A DNA stretch of 64,000 nucleotides from an uncultured Erythrobacter sp. (GCF_947492365.1 NZ_CANLMB010000001.1:1476874-1540873), one strand, 5' to 3'; counted from the first letter of the stretch, positions 50,413-60,191 are shown. The notes: a model not told the origin generated them from the letters alone. Numbers and translations: made by a program.

Positions 50413-51417
50413 TCAGGCGCCTGCACCGGAAGCCGGTGCAAATGCATCACGGAAGAATTCGAGCCAGTTACCCCCCATCACCTTGCGCACTTCGTCTTCC
50501 GAAAAACCAGTATCGCGCAGGCCATGCGCAAGGTTCATAAAGTCGCGGCTGTCGCGGAACCAGTCCGGTTGGCGCGGCCAGTCAGCATTTGCAGCGCTGC
50601 CTTCGCCGTAATCAGGCTTGAAGGTCCATTTGCCGCTGCGCATCCATTCCAACGTTTCGTAACCCCAGTTCTGGCAGAGATCCGAACCAATACCGACTCG
50701 ATCAATGCCCATCAGATTGGCCGCATCGTACACCATCTGGCAAAATTCCTCGCGCTTGCAATCCGGCCCGTTGTGCAAGTGGAAGGGATACAGGCTGACA
50801 CCCAGCATACCGCCCGATTCCGAAAGCGCTTTGAGCACATCCTCCGACTTGTTGCGCAAAGCCGCATGGAAACTGGAGGGGTTGGCGTGGGTGATTGCGA
50901 TTGGGCGCTGCGAGAGCTCGATCGCCTGCAAGGTCGATTTCTCTGCGCTGTGGGACATGTCGATCAGCATGCCGACACGGTTCATCTCCTTGATAACCTC
51001 GCGCCCGAAACGGGTGATGCCAGCGTCATCATCCTCGTAGCAGCCCGTCGCAAGCAGGCTTTGATTGTTATAGCTGAGCTGCATGATCCGCACGCCCATG
51101 TCGTGCAGCCGCGCGACATTGTGCAAATCATCTTCCACCGGCGAGCAATTCTGAAAGCCGAGGATAATCCCAATCCTGCCCGCTTCGCGTGCCGCCTCGA
51201 TGTCACTTGCCTTTTTCACCGGCATGACCAAGTCGCCGCACTCTGAAAAATGGCGTTCCCATTGCGCGATATTGGCTTCGGCTTCGGCGAAGTTTTCCCA
51301 GTAGGTAATCGTTACGTGGATAGCATCGAGACCGCCCTCGCGGGCCTGCTCGAACAATTCCCTGTTCCAGTTCACATACTGAAGGGCATCGATGATCAGC
51401 AGATCGTCCTTGGTCAT
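50413..51417 (-). CDS. Membrane (renal-type) dipeptidase family M19 protein
   Basis: Start at the ATG at 51417, 13 nt after the ALDH stop. The layout is M19-like (LIIDALQYVNW..., GMLIDMSHSAEKS, GIGSDL). Confidence 0.8.
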   Translation of the reverse strand: MTKDDLLIIDALQYVNWNRELFEQAREGGLDAIHVTITYWENFAEAEANIAQWERHFSECGDLVMPVKKASDIEAAREAGRIGIILGFQNCSPVEDDLHNVARLHDMGVRIMQLSYNNQSLLATGCYEDDDAGITRFGREVIKEMNRVGMLIDMSHSAEKSTLQAIELSQRPIAITHANPSSFHAALRNKSEDVLKALSESGGMLGVSLYPFHLHNGPDCKREEFCQMVYDAANLMGIDRVGIGSDLCQNWGYETLEWMRSGKWTFKPDYGEGSAANADWPRQPDWFRDSRDFMNLAHGLRDTGFSEDEVRKVMGGNWLEFFRDAFAPASGAGA

Positions 51418-51430
51418 TTCTGCGCTACCC

Positions 51431-52876
51431 CTATCCGCCGATGTAAGTGGTCTTGACAATCGTGTAGAAGTCCTTGGCGTATGTGCCCTGCTCGCGCGGG
51501 CCATAGCTCGAGGCTTTCCGGCCACCGAAGGGAACGTGGTAGTCGGTCCCAGCGGTCGGGAGGTTGACCATCACGCAGCCCGATTGCGAGTGCCGTTTGA
51601 AGTGGCGCACCCGGTTCAGCGAGTTGGTCATGATGCCTGATGTAAGCCCGAAATCGGTGTCATTGGACACCGCCAGCGCTTCATCATAATCCGCAACCTT
51701 GATGATGCTCGTGATCGGCCCGAATATCTCTTCGCGATTGATCCGCATCGCGTTGCTGGTGCCGGTGAAGATGGCAGGCCGCATGAAGTTGCCTTTGGTG
51801 GCCAGCTTCAGAAGATCGCCGCCAGTTGCCAGCTCGGCCCCTTCGTTTTTGCCGAGTTCCAGATAGTCGAGATTCTGCTGCAATTGACGCTCTGTCACGA
51901 CTGGGCCAATTTGTGTCGCCTCATCGAGCGCATGCCCGACGACGAGCGCATCAGCCGCCGCAATCATCCGCTCGACGAATTCGTCATGCACGCCTTGTTC
52001 AACTACCAATCGCGACGAGGCCGTGCACTTTTGCCCTGTGCCAAAGAATGCTCCACCAATCGCGCATTGGACAGCGAGGTCCATATCCGCATCATTGAGG
52101 ACCACGAGCGCATTCTTGCTGCCCATCTCGAGCTGGATGCGCGCCATGTTCTGGATCGCATTCTGGGCGATCTGCCTGCCAACTCCGACCGATCCGGTAA
52201 ACGTGATGGCGTCGATGTCAGGCGCACCGGCTAGAGCATTGCCAATATCGCGCCCCTTGCCGATGACCATGTTGAACACACCTGCAGGAACTCCACTGCG
52301 GTGAATGATATCAGCAAGGATCGCCGCGCTTGCGGGAACCGTTTCCGAAGGCTTGAGGACGACGCAATTGCCGAAGGCCAAGGCGGGGGCAATCTTCCAG
52401 GCTGCAACCGCAACGGGGAAATTCCACGGCGTTATCACGCCAACCACACCAACCGGCTCGCGCGTCACTTCGACATCGACACCGGGACGCACAGACGCTG
52501 CCTGCTCGCCGATCTGGCGCAGGCATTCAGCCGCATAATACTGGAAGAACTGGCCCGAACGAAACGCCTCGCCTTTGCCTTCAGCGATCGTCTTGCCTTC
52601 TTCGCGCGCGATGACATGTCCGATCTCTTCGCAGCGCGCGATTAGCTCGTCACCGATGAAATCAAGTGCCGCCTTGCGCTGCTCCAGTCCAGTCGCCACC
52701 CAGACCGGAACAGCACGTCGCGCCGCTGCAATCGCCTGCTCGACATCGTCAACGCTGGCAGCCGAGTAGTGGCCAATAATGTCCGAATGATCGGATGGAT
52801 TGATGTTCGCGACTAGATCGCCCCCGTCAGCCCAATTGCCGTCGATGAGGTTTCTGTAGGTTTCCGTCACAATCAA
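51431..52876 (-). CDS. NAD(P)-dependent aldehyde dehydrogenase
   Basis: 481 aa. ITPWNFP, the Glu context LEMGSKNA and the Cys context TGQKCTASSR. Confidence 0.9.
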   Translation of the reverse strand: MIVTETYRNLIDGNWADGGDLVANINPSDHSDIIGHYSAASVDDVEQAIAAARRAVPVWVATGLEQRKAALDFIGDELIARCEEIGHVIAREEGKTIAEGKGEAFRSGQFFQYYAAECLRQIGEQAASVRPGVDVEVTREPVGVVGVITPWNFPVAVAAWKIAPALAFGNCVVLKPSETVPASAAILADIIHRSGVPAGVFNMVIGKGRDIGNALAGAPDIDAITFTGSVGVGRQIAQNAIQNMARIQLEMGSKNALVVLNDADMDLAVQCAIGGAFFGTGQKCTASSRLVVEQGVHDEFVERMIAAADALVVGHALDEATQIGPVVTERQLQQNLDYLELGKNEGAELATGGDLLKLATKGNFMRPAIFTGTSNAMRINREEIFGPITSIIKVADYDEALAVSNDTDFGLTSGIMTNSLNRVRHFKRHSQSGCVMVNLPTAGTDYHVPFGGRKASSYGPREQGTYAKDFYTIVKTTYIGG

Positions 52877-52962
52877 TCTCCCGGGCCAATCAAAAATCGA
52901 GAGCCCGTTTGCGTTCTCACCAGTCGTTTGGCGAGAGGCAAGTTAGATAACTGTATCCAATG

Positions 52963-52998
52963 ATAAAATTACGATATTTATTATAAATCACTTTATAA
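52963..52998. promoter_or_regulatory. AT-rich operator-like repeats upstream of the ALDH-dipeptidase operon
   Basis: ATAAA-N9-TTTAT (52963-52981), directly followed by TTATAA-N6-TTATAA (52981-52998). They sit in a visibly AT-rich 185-bp spacer downstream of a LysR gene. Confidence 0.3.
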
Positions 52999-53061
52999 TC
53001 AATGGATTGATTACCTTGCATAATCGCCATCAACGGAATTCTGCGATTTCATAAGCAAAAT

Positions 53062-54006
53062 TTATCCGCTGTGAGAAGCCCCGACGTGAAGCGAGACCAG
53101 ATCCTTGAAATCGGTGTCGGTATACCGGACCCTCACGTTTTTCAGCCGCAGTTGCTCGACAATCGCTGGAATCGTCTGAAGGATTGTCTCGATCATCGCC
53201 TCGCCGGCTGGTGAGAGCGACCAACCTTTCTTGGTGATGAGGAAGATTGAGCGCGTATCCTCGGGGTCAACCAAAGGACGCGACACCAGCTCAGGATCGG
53301 CGTTCTGTGCCGCCAGCGAAGGCAGGACAGTAACCCCGAAATTCGCCTTAAGCATGGCGAAGAGCAGGGTCGTGGTCGAAAACTCATACTGCGTCTTACC
53401 GATCAGATCTTGCGCCTTGGTCAAGTTATGCAGGCCGGAATCCAAGAACCGGTGGCCTTCCAATTCTGTCCAAGCAATCGGCCCCTTCTCCTGCGCCAAC
53501 GGATGGTCGCGGTGGCAGATCAGCTCGATCCTGTCCTCCAGCAGCAAGCGATAGTCGAGATCCGTGCGCCCGCGAGGCCGTCCGCCGATCCCGAAGTCGA
53601 CCTCGTTGCGGGCCAACCGCTGCTCGATACCCTTGGAATTGTCGTCGATCATGTGAACCGAGATTCCAGGGAACTCTTCAGAGAACTGGCGGCACACCTC
53701 GGGCAGGAGACGGGTCGCAACCGAAGGAAGCACTGCAAGGCTGACATGCCCGCTTCGCCGCTCGGACGTTGCATTGAGGTCCGACAACGCCGCATCAAAG
53801 TCGCGGATGAGTCGCGCGGCAACCGGCATGAAATGCTCGCCTTCGGTCGTCAGCAACACCTTGCGCGTGGTGCGTTCGAGCAGCTTGACCCCAACAGCTT
53901 CCTCAAGCTGGCTGATGGCCAGTGAGACGGCGGGTTGAGTTCTCAGGAGCTCGCGCGCGGCCAGCTTGAAACTCTCGAGCTGACCGACTGCCACGAATGC
54001 ACGCAA
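53062..54006 (-). CDS. LysR family transcriptional regulator
   Basis: HTH region MRAFVAVGQLESFKLAARELLRTQPAVSLAISQLE, followed by a substrate-binding domain. Confidence 0.85.
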   Translation of the reverse strand: MRAFVAVGQLESFKLAARELLRTQPAVSLAISQLEEAVGVKLLERTTRKVLLTTEGEHFMPVAARLIRDFDAALSDLNATSERRSGHVSLAVLPSVATRLLPEVCRQFSEEFPGISVHMIDDNSKGIEQRLARNEVDFGIGGRPRGRTDLDYRLLLEDRIELICHRDHPLAQEKGPIAWTELEGHRFLDSGLHNLTKAQDLIGKTQYEFSTTTLLFAMLKANFGVTVLPSLAAQNADPELVSRPLVDPEDTRSIFLITKKGWSLSPAGEAMIETILQTIPAIVEQLRLKNVRVRYTDTDFKDLVSLHVGASHSG

Positions 54007-54060
54007 GTGCCGCAGGGTGATACCGAACTGCTTGATGGCGCGTCTCTCTAATGCTGCTCG

Positions 54061-55062
54061 CTAGAGCTGGAGGATCTTGTCATATACCGATTGCGGCAGC
54101 GAAATCCCATCGCGCAGATTGCGCTCCCGATTTGTCCGCCTGCGGTCACCGGGAAGACGCACGCCTTCCTGCTCAGTGATTTTTTCGAACAATGTCTCGC
54201 TATGATCGAGCCAGCCTTCACGATCGCCAAACATGCCGGGGTCCATCGCAAGGATGAACTCGCCGCCTTGGGGCGGTCCGCCGTCATTGTTATCGCGCTT
54301 GGCCGCCTCAAAGCTGAAACTCTCTCCGATCAACCCGCCTGCAAGCAATTCGACCATCATCGCAAGCGAAGAGCCCTTGTGTCCGCCGAACGCGAGCAGT
54401 GAACCTTCGAGGATGGCGTTCGGATCAGTGGTCGGATTACCATCTGCGTCGACGCCTACCCCTTCAGCCATCTGGTGCCCTTCGCGCGCCGCCAACATAA
54501 CTTCGCCGCGCGCGACTACCGATGTGGCTTGGTCGAATACGACAGGCTCGCCGGACTTGCGCGGCCAGCCAAAGGCGATCGGGTTGGTCCCGTACAGCGC
54601 TTTCTTGCCGCCCGCCGGTATCACCGCAGGTTTATAGGATGTGCAGGCGAGCGCACACAGGCCTGCCTCGGCCAGAGGCTCGATCTCTGCCCAAAGTGCC
54701 GCGAAGTGATAGATGTCGACCAACGCTAGCGCCGCGATCCCGTTTTTTCTTGCGCAATCGATCAGGGGTTGCCGCCCCGCCAACAGCGCCATCGGGGCAA
54801 AGCCGCCGTCGCCATCGACGCGCACAACCGCAGGCGCGATCTGCTCAACCTTTGGCCTCGCTTTGCCGTTGACCTTGCCTGACTTGAGAGTGGCGACATA
54901 ACCGGCCATCCGCATCAGACCATGTGAGTGGCACCCGTCCCGTTCTGCATCAGTGATCACCCGTGCCACAGCACCTGCATTCTCATCGTCGCAGCCATGC
55001 CGCGTAAGCGTCTCGGCAGCGAGGCTATGAACCTCATCCAATGTCAGCTGAACTGTGCTCAA
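54061..55062 (-). CDS. Ldh_2 (malate/L-lactate dehydrogenase family 2) oxidoreductase
   Basis: 333 aa. CHSHGLMR and GGHKGSSLAMMVELLAGGL are typical of this family, which includes pyrroline/piperideine-2-carboxylate and N-methyl-amino-acid dehydrogenases. Confidence 0.8.
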   Translation of the reverse strand: MSTVQLTLDEVHSLAAETLTRHGCDDENAGAVARVITDAERDGCHSHGLMRMAGYVATLKSGKVNGKARPKVEQIAPAVVRVDGDGGFAPMALLAGRQPLIDCARKNGIAALALVDIYHFAALWAEIEPLAEAGLCALACTSYKPAVIPAGGKKALYGTNPIAFGWPRKSGEPVVFDQATSVVARGEVMLAAREGHQMAEGVGVDADGNPTTDPNAILEGSLLAFGGHKGSSLAMMVELLAGGLIGESFSFEAAKRDNNDGGPPQGGEFILAMDPGMFGDREGWLDHSETLFEKITEQEGVRLPGDRRRTNRERNLRDGISLPQSVYDKILQL

Positions 55063-55099
55063 TTCCTTATCTCCCCGTGTGTTACCTGTGAGGTGGCCC

Positions 55100-57157
55100 T
55101 CACCGATATTGCTCGCGCGTCGGCCCTAGCGCCTCTTTTAGCGGATCAAGCCATGGCTCAAAGTTGCGCCATTGATCGACCGCCGACTTGTTAATGGGCT
55201 GTCGCACTTGTTCCGAACTTGCGGTTCGAACGGCGCGTTTCGTCTTGTGAAATTCAACGCAGGCCTGTTCAAACGGCACGCCGACATAATCGAGAATTCT
55301 TGCGACCTGCCCTTCGAGGTCGTCCAGAACATCCTCGTGCTGGACGCGCAGAATCCGACCGGGCAGGACTTCTTCCCAATGCTCCATGAGGCCAACGTAA
55401 TCGCGGTAATAGCTGCCGACTTCATGAAGCCCGTAAGTGAACTCCTGACCTTCGGCGAAGAGCTGCTTGAAGCCCGAGAAGCAGCACGCCATCGGCTCTC
55501 GCCGAGCATCGATGATCTTGGCATTGGGCAATATCAGATGGATCAGCCCTATATGCCGGAAATTGTTGGGCATCTTGTCTACAAAGTAGGCCGCACCCTG
55601 ACGGTGGATGGCAGTACTGTCGATGTAGTCCTGTCCCATATCCGACAGTTGCTTAGCGGTTAGCTCGCGCAGAACCCTTGGATATTCCGATTTCCCGCTC
55701 TCGAGCTTGCGCCCCCTCAGCTGGTGGGAAAGGGTCAGGATGTTCGGCAGTTCGAGCGTTCCGTCGATCTGCGAATGTGACGCCAATATCTGCTCGATCA
55801 ATGTCGATCCAGCACGAGGCAGCCCAACCACAAAGATCGGATCTTTGGCCGCACAGCCTGCTCCGGCATGCTTGGCAAACAGATCACGGTCACAATGCTC
55901 GATCTGGGCATCAAATTCCGCCGTCATCACCTTCGCCTCATAGCGAGACTGGGTGCGCTTGAGCCCGTTTCCTTCCTCGTAGAATTTGAACGATTTTTCA
56001 TACTCGCCGCGATCTTCATGAGCCTTGCCCAAGGCAAAGCAGACATGGACCTGATTGAGGTAGGTCAACCGGTCATGCTCTAGCTGCTCGTGCATCTGCT
56101 TAAGCTCGGCATCGCTGAATCTGTAGGTTTTGAGATTGGCCAGCCCATAATAGGCATCGCCAAACCCAGGGTCGACGGCAAAGGCACTTTGGTAAGATTT
56201 GATCGCATCATCGTGCCGGCCAACCGTTTTGAGCGCATGGCCGCGCGACGTTAGAGTTGAAGGATCATCGGGCAGCTTCTCCAAGACCTTATCGAACAGA
56301 TCGAATGCCTGCTCGTAGTCACCCGTCTGCATCGCTTCTATAGCGTAGAGCGATTGAAAAACCGGGCTGGACGGATCGGTGTCATAGAGGTGCTTCGCTT
56401 GCTCGAGCGCCGCCTTGAACTTTTGCCGTTTGCGCAGGACCTGCACATAATCGATCCGCACCTGTATATTTGCCGGTTCAAACTCCAGCGCGCTTTCAAG
56501 CAGGAACTCGGCATCTTCCATGACGCCCAACCGAACGCCAATTTCGGCCAGCAGCCGCATCCCTTCGACATGGGTCTTATTGACGATCAGGAAGTTGCGA
56601 CAAAGGCTTTCTGCCTTCAGGATCTTGCCTTCATGCATAAGGTGGGTGACCGCCACCAGCTCCTTGGGCAGCGAATTCAGACGGTCCGCCTGCGCCTTCG
56701 CAGCAGCCGAAGCCTCAAGATTGCCTTGTGAAGCCAGGATTTTCGCCTGCGAGTTCCAGCTGGCGTGAAGCGCCGGATTGCTTTGGCAGGCACGGCGATA
56801 GGCCTCCAAAGCGCGATCCATCTGACCGGAATCGCGAAAGACATGACCTTCTTCCTGAAGAGCACGGCCGAAGTCAGGAACAATTTGTTTCAGCTGCTGA
56901 ACAAGCTCCAAGGCTTGATCATGTTGCTTGAGATACCGATGACAAACAGCGGTCAGATATAGGGCTTCGATGTCTGGCGACGTGGGGTCAAGTTGATCTG
57001 AAAGGCGATCTATGGCTCCCTCAAAATCACCCTGATACATTAGCCTCTGAGCGTCTGCGATCTTGCTATCGCCACTTTTCGCGTTCTCAGCCATATCCTG
57101 ACTTGAATTCCGATCCCGATGAAATGAAAGGGGCCGGCCGATACCGGCCAGCCCCAA
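55100..57157 (-). CDS. TPR-repeat protein with C-terminal sulfotransferase domain
   Basis: Multiple TPR-like helical repeats. The C-terminal domain has the PAPS-binding-type motif PIFVVGLPRAGSTLIEQIL. The start is uncertain (TTG 57157 or ATG 57094). Confidence 0.8.
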   Translation of the reverse strand: MGLAGIGRPLSFHRDRNSSQDMAENAKSGDSKIADAQRLMYQGDFEGAIDRLSDQLDPTSPDIEALYLTAVCHRYLKQHDQALELVQQLKQIVPDFGRALQEEGHVFRDSGQMDRALEAYRRACQSNPALHASWNSQAKILASQGNLEASAAAKAQADRLNSLPKELVAVTHLMHEGKILKAESLCRNFLIVNKTHVEGMRLLAEIGVRLGVMEDAEFLLESALEFEPANIQVRIDYVQVLRKRQKFKAALEQAKHLYDTDPSSPVFQSLYAIEAMQTGDYEQAFDLFDKVLEKLPDDPSTLTSRGHALKTVGRHDDAIKSYQSAFAVDPGFGDAYYGLANLKTYRFSDAELKQMHEQLEHDRLTYLNQVHVCFALGKAHEDRGEYEKSFKFYEEGNGLKRTQSRYEAKVMTAEFDAQIEHCDRDLFAKHAGAGCAAKDPIFVVGLPRAGSTLIEQILASHSQIDGTLELPNILTLSHQLRGRKLESGKSEYPRVLRELTAKQLSDMGQDYIDSTAIHRQGAAYFVDKMPNNFRHIGLIHLILPNAKIIDARREPMACCFSGFKQLFAEGQEFTYGLHEVGSYYRDYVGLMEHWEEVLPGRILRVQHEDVLDDLEGQVARILDYVGVPFEQACVEFHKTKRAVRTASSEQVRQPINKSAVDQWRNFEPWLDPLKEALGPTREQYR

Positions 57158-57186
57158 TCAGTAAATGAGTTTCACAGCTTTACAAT

Positions 57187-59844
57187 TTAATAGCGGAAGC
57201 TGACGCGCGCGCCCGCTGTGAGTGGCCGTGAAATCACAATGCGTGAGCGGTCGTTGATGAAGTTACCGCTGATGGGTGCGCTCGCATTGGTGAGGTTGTC
57301 ACCAAAGATTTCGAACGACCAGCTATCGTTGGTGATCCCCAGCGACAGATTTACCGTTGACCAATCGGGCAATGTGATCCGGTTGATCTGGATGATGTCG
57401 GTTTCCTGCGACGCAGAATAGGTGAACTGCGGCTGGATGTGAGCCACCCACGTGTCGGAAAGATCCCATTCGTAACGCACCAGCAGATTACCCTGGAAAC
57501 TCGGCGCAAACGCCAGCTCCGAACCCAGGACCACATCATTGGTAGGCGTCAGAACCTCGGTAATCTCCGTGTCCAGAATGGAGAATGCCGCCGTGACGGT
57601 CAGACCGTCCAGAGCATAAGGCGCAACGGTGAGGTCTGCCTCGATCCCCAAAATTTCGGCATTCGCCGCATTATCGGAGAAGAAGAGGTTGGTGATATTC
57701 GGATCGAAGATGGTTGTCTGCAGATTCTGAATATCAACGAAGAACGCATTGCCGTTGAACCGGACCTGGTTGTCGGCCAAGTTCATCTTCCAACCGATTT
57801 CGTAATTGGTGACTTCGTCGGTGTCGATCGCAAACGGCACCGTGAAGGTTCCAGCGCCATTCGAAGCACCACCCGGGCGGTTCAAGAGACCCGGACGGAA
57901 GCCTTCTGAATAGGTTGCATAGAACAGCAGATCTTCTGTCGGCGTCCAGTTGGCTGTACCCTTAAAGATAAAGCCATCGGTCGATGCCGTGTCAGGCGCA
58001 CGCAACGAGTTGAAGACCTGAGTGGCCTGCCTCTCGCTAAGCCCAGCCGCCTGGATGTCAGCCACGCTCTGATCAAGTGTGAATGTCTGCCTCAGGGCAG
58101 CGTTACAACTACCGATGAAGGTGAAGCTACCGTCACCATCGAACAGGTCGCTGATGTTGGTACCGAAAGCATTCTGATCGGTACCGCCAGCATTACAGAA
58201 CGAGCCGTTCGCGCTACCTTCGAAATCAACTTCGACGTCATAATAGCGTGCACCGAAGGTGAGAGAGAACTGCTCGCTCAGATCGGCCGTTACTTCGCCA
58301 AAGATGCCATACTGTTTGTCAGTGCGGCGGATATCGTTGCGGAAGATCGTCTCGGCTGGGAACGGTCCCGGATCGGAGTTGTAAACGCCGGGCTGCGGGA
58401 AGTTGTCCGGGAAGCCCCCAAACGGGTTAGCCAGGACATTGCCAAGATATTGGAAATCGACGCGTTCTTCGAGTTCGAGATCGCTGTAGAAGCCGCCGGC
58501 AGTAGCGCGGAGCCAGTAATCATCCGGCGTGTTGAAGCGCAGTTCCTGTGTGAAAACGCGGGTCTGTGACACGGCATCGGTTTGCGACGTCGGCGCCTGG
58601 CACGTTCCCGAAGGAGCAGCTGCACCCGGATAGGTCACCGACCCATCGCAGATATAATACGGATGGTACTGACCGACGAACAGATACTCGGTGTAATCAG
58701 CAACCTGATCGGAATCGCGATCCGTGTAGGCACCGGTATAGACTACATCGAGACCGGCAATTCGCCCTTCAACCGTCCAGCTGGTGTTGTGGAACCTGTC
58801 TTCCAGATTTTCAGGCACGAAGCGCTGGATGTCATCGCTGCCGAGTGTTGGGTCGACCGAGAACACGCCGTCGGTGTCCAGCTCTTGCCGCGCATGCGCG
58901 ACGGTAATCGACCAATCCGGATTGATTTCATACCGGGCCGATGCACGGAAGCCGATATATTGTGAATCGTTGATGTTGTCTTCGACCAGGGCCGCGTTGT
59001 CTGCCAGGATGAAGTTGACCGCCGAAAGGTCAGCCCCTGCCTGGAAACCAGCACGTGCCGCGCTGACAGGCACACCATTCTCACGAACGGTACCCGCTGG
59101 ACGGAAACGGGCGCTGTCGGCCACACTCCGGGTGCCGGGCACATTGTCGATGTAGCCGCCCTGGTTGTCGATATAGCCGACCACGCGAACAGCAAAACTG
59201 TCGCCGATCGGCAGGTTGAACATTGCCTCAAAATTCTGGCTGGATTCACCCCCGTCTGTGAAAGCGATCCCTGCTTTGACCTTCGCCTGGAATTCACCGA
59301 TCACCGGCTTGTTGGTAATCAGACGAACGGTACCGGCCTGCGAACTAGCGCCGAACAACGTACCCTGCGGGCCTGAAAGCACTTCGACGCGCTCAAGGTC
59401 AGCTGCGTAGACGTCAAGGTTACGGCCCGGCTGCGAGACAGGCTGCTCATCGAGATAGAGCGCCACGTTTGGAGCAAGACCAGCGACACCCGCGATCGAG
59501 TTTGCCGGAGTCGTCGAGGCAAGCCCGCGGATGTAGATGGTGCTTTGGCCTGGGCCGCCGCCGCCAGCGGAAACGCCCGGCAATTGCACGAGATAGTCGT
59601 CAAACGTTGAGACGCCGAGCTGATCAAGCGCTTCACTGCCGATCGCTTGAACGGCGATCGCAACGTCTTGCAGATCTTCGGTTCGCTTTGTCGCAGTAAC
59701 GACAATCTCTTGAATGCCGCCCTGACGGGCTTCACCCTGCTGGACATCGCCTGAACCGGCATCCTGTGCCTGTACGGCCTGCGCCCCTCCGACTGCGAGC
59801 GCACAAAGTGCGGCCCCCTGCATTAAACTCCGCTTCGACATCAA
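57187..59844 (-). CDS. TonB-dependent outer-membrane receptor
   Basis: Signal peptide, plug domain (IVVTATKRTEDLQDVAIAVQAI) and a long beta-barrel ending in ...RVSFRY. Confidence 0.9.
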   Translation of the reverse strand: MMSKRSLMQGAALCALAVGGAQAVQAQDAGSGDVQQGEARQGGIQEIVVTATKRTEDLQDVAIAVQAIGSEALDQLGVSTFDDYLVQLPGVSAGGGGPGQSTIYIRGLASTTPANSIAGVAGLAPNVALYLDEQPVSQPGRNLDVYAADLERVEVLSGPQGTLFGASSQAGTVRLITNKPVIGEFQAKVKAGIAFTDGGESSQNFEAMFNLPIGDSFAVRVVGYIDNQGGYIDNVPGTRSVADSARFRPAGTVRENGVPVSAARAGFQAGADLSAVNFILADNAALVEDNINDSQYIGFRASARYEINPDWSITVAHARQELDTDGVFSVDPTLGSDDIQRFVPENLEDRFHNTSWTVEGRIAGLDVVYTGAYTDRDSDQVADYTEYLFVGQYHPYYICDGSVTYPGAAAPSGTCQAPTSQTDAVSQTRVFTQELRFNTPDDYWLRATAGGFYSDLELEERVDFQYLGNVLANPFGGFPDNFPQPGVYNSDPGPFPAETIFRNDIRRTDKQYGIFGEVTADLSEQFSLTFGARYYDVEVDFEGSANGSFCNAGGTDQNAFGTNISDLFDGDGSFTFIGSCNAALRQTFTLDQSVADIQAAGLSERQATQVFNSLRAPDTASTDGFIFKGTANWTPTEDLLFYATYSEGFRPGLLNRPGGASNGAGTFTVPFAIDTDEVTNYEIGWKMNLADNQVRFNGNAFFVDIQNLQTTIFDPNITNLFFSDNAANAEILGIEADLTVAPYALDGLTVTAAFSILDTEITEVLTPTNDVVLGSELAFAPSFQGNLLVRYEWDLSDTWVAHIQPQFTYSASQETDIIQINRITLPDWSTVNLSLGITNDSWSFEIFGDNLTNASAPISGNFINDRSRIVISRPLTAGARVSFRY

Positions 59845-60099
59845 CTATCTCCCTCAAGCACGACCTTATTTATTCCACCGCTCGTTTGCGGCTCACATAG
59901 CATTGGACGCCATCAGACTTCTTGATCGCCCTCCAACCAATCCATTTACAAGTCAGATAAACAAACGAATTAATAATGAAATGGTATCAATCTGACTCGC
60001 TAACATAAAGCTCAATTATTTCTGTTGTTTAATGATATTTTCCGCCGGTGTATTTTTAACACAGCCGAAGCGTCAATTTCAGCCTATCTCCAAAAATAA

Positions 60100-60117
60100 G
60101 CAATATTGATATATTGC
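60100..60117. promoter_or_regulatory. Inverted repeat GCAATAT-N4-ATATTGC in an AT-rich spacer: operator for the receptor gene, or a weak terminator of the fhs-BCCT unit
   Basis: Direct reading. On the minus strand the hairpin is followed by TTATTTTT. Confidence 0.3.
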
Positions 60118-60191
60118 ATCACCCCACCGTTAGGTCGATCGATTGACTGCGTTATGCGCTCGCCATTCCGGCCGTAACCGACACCCGATCA

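Noticed and set aside
36273-51246. Other long antisense ORFs: 36273..36917 and 37347..38420 inside fdsA, 44157..45272 inside soxA, 50131..51246 inside the dipeptidase gene, 6641..7522 inside the cyclase gene.
   Set aside because: Each lies opposite a gene with strong family motifs. High-GC genomes routinely produce long open antisense frames, and none shows a recognisable domain.
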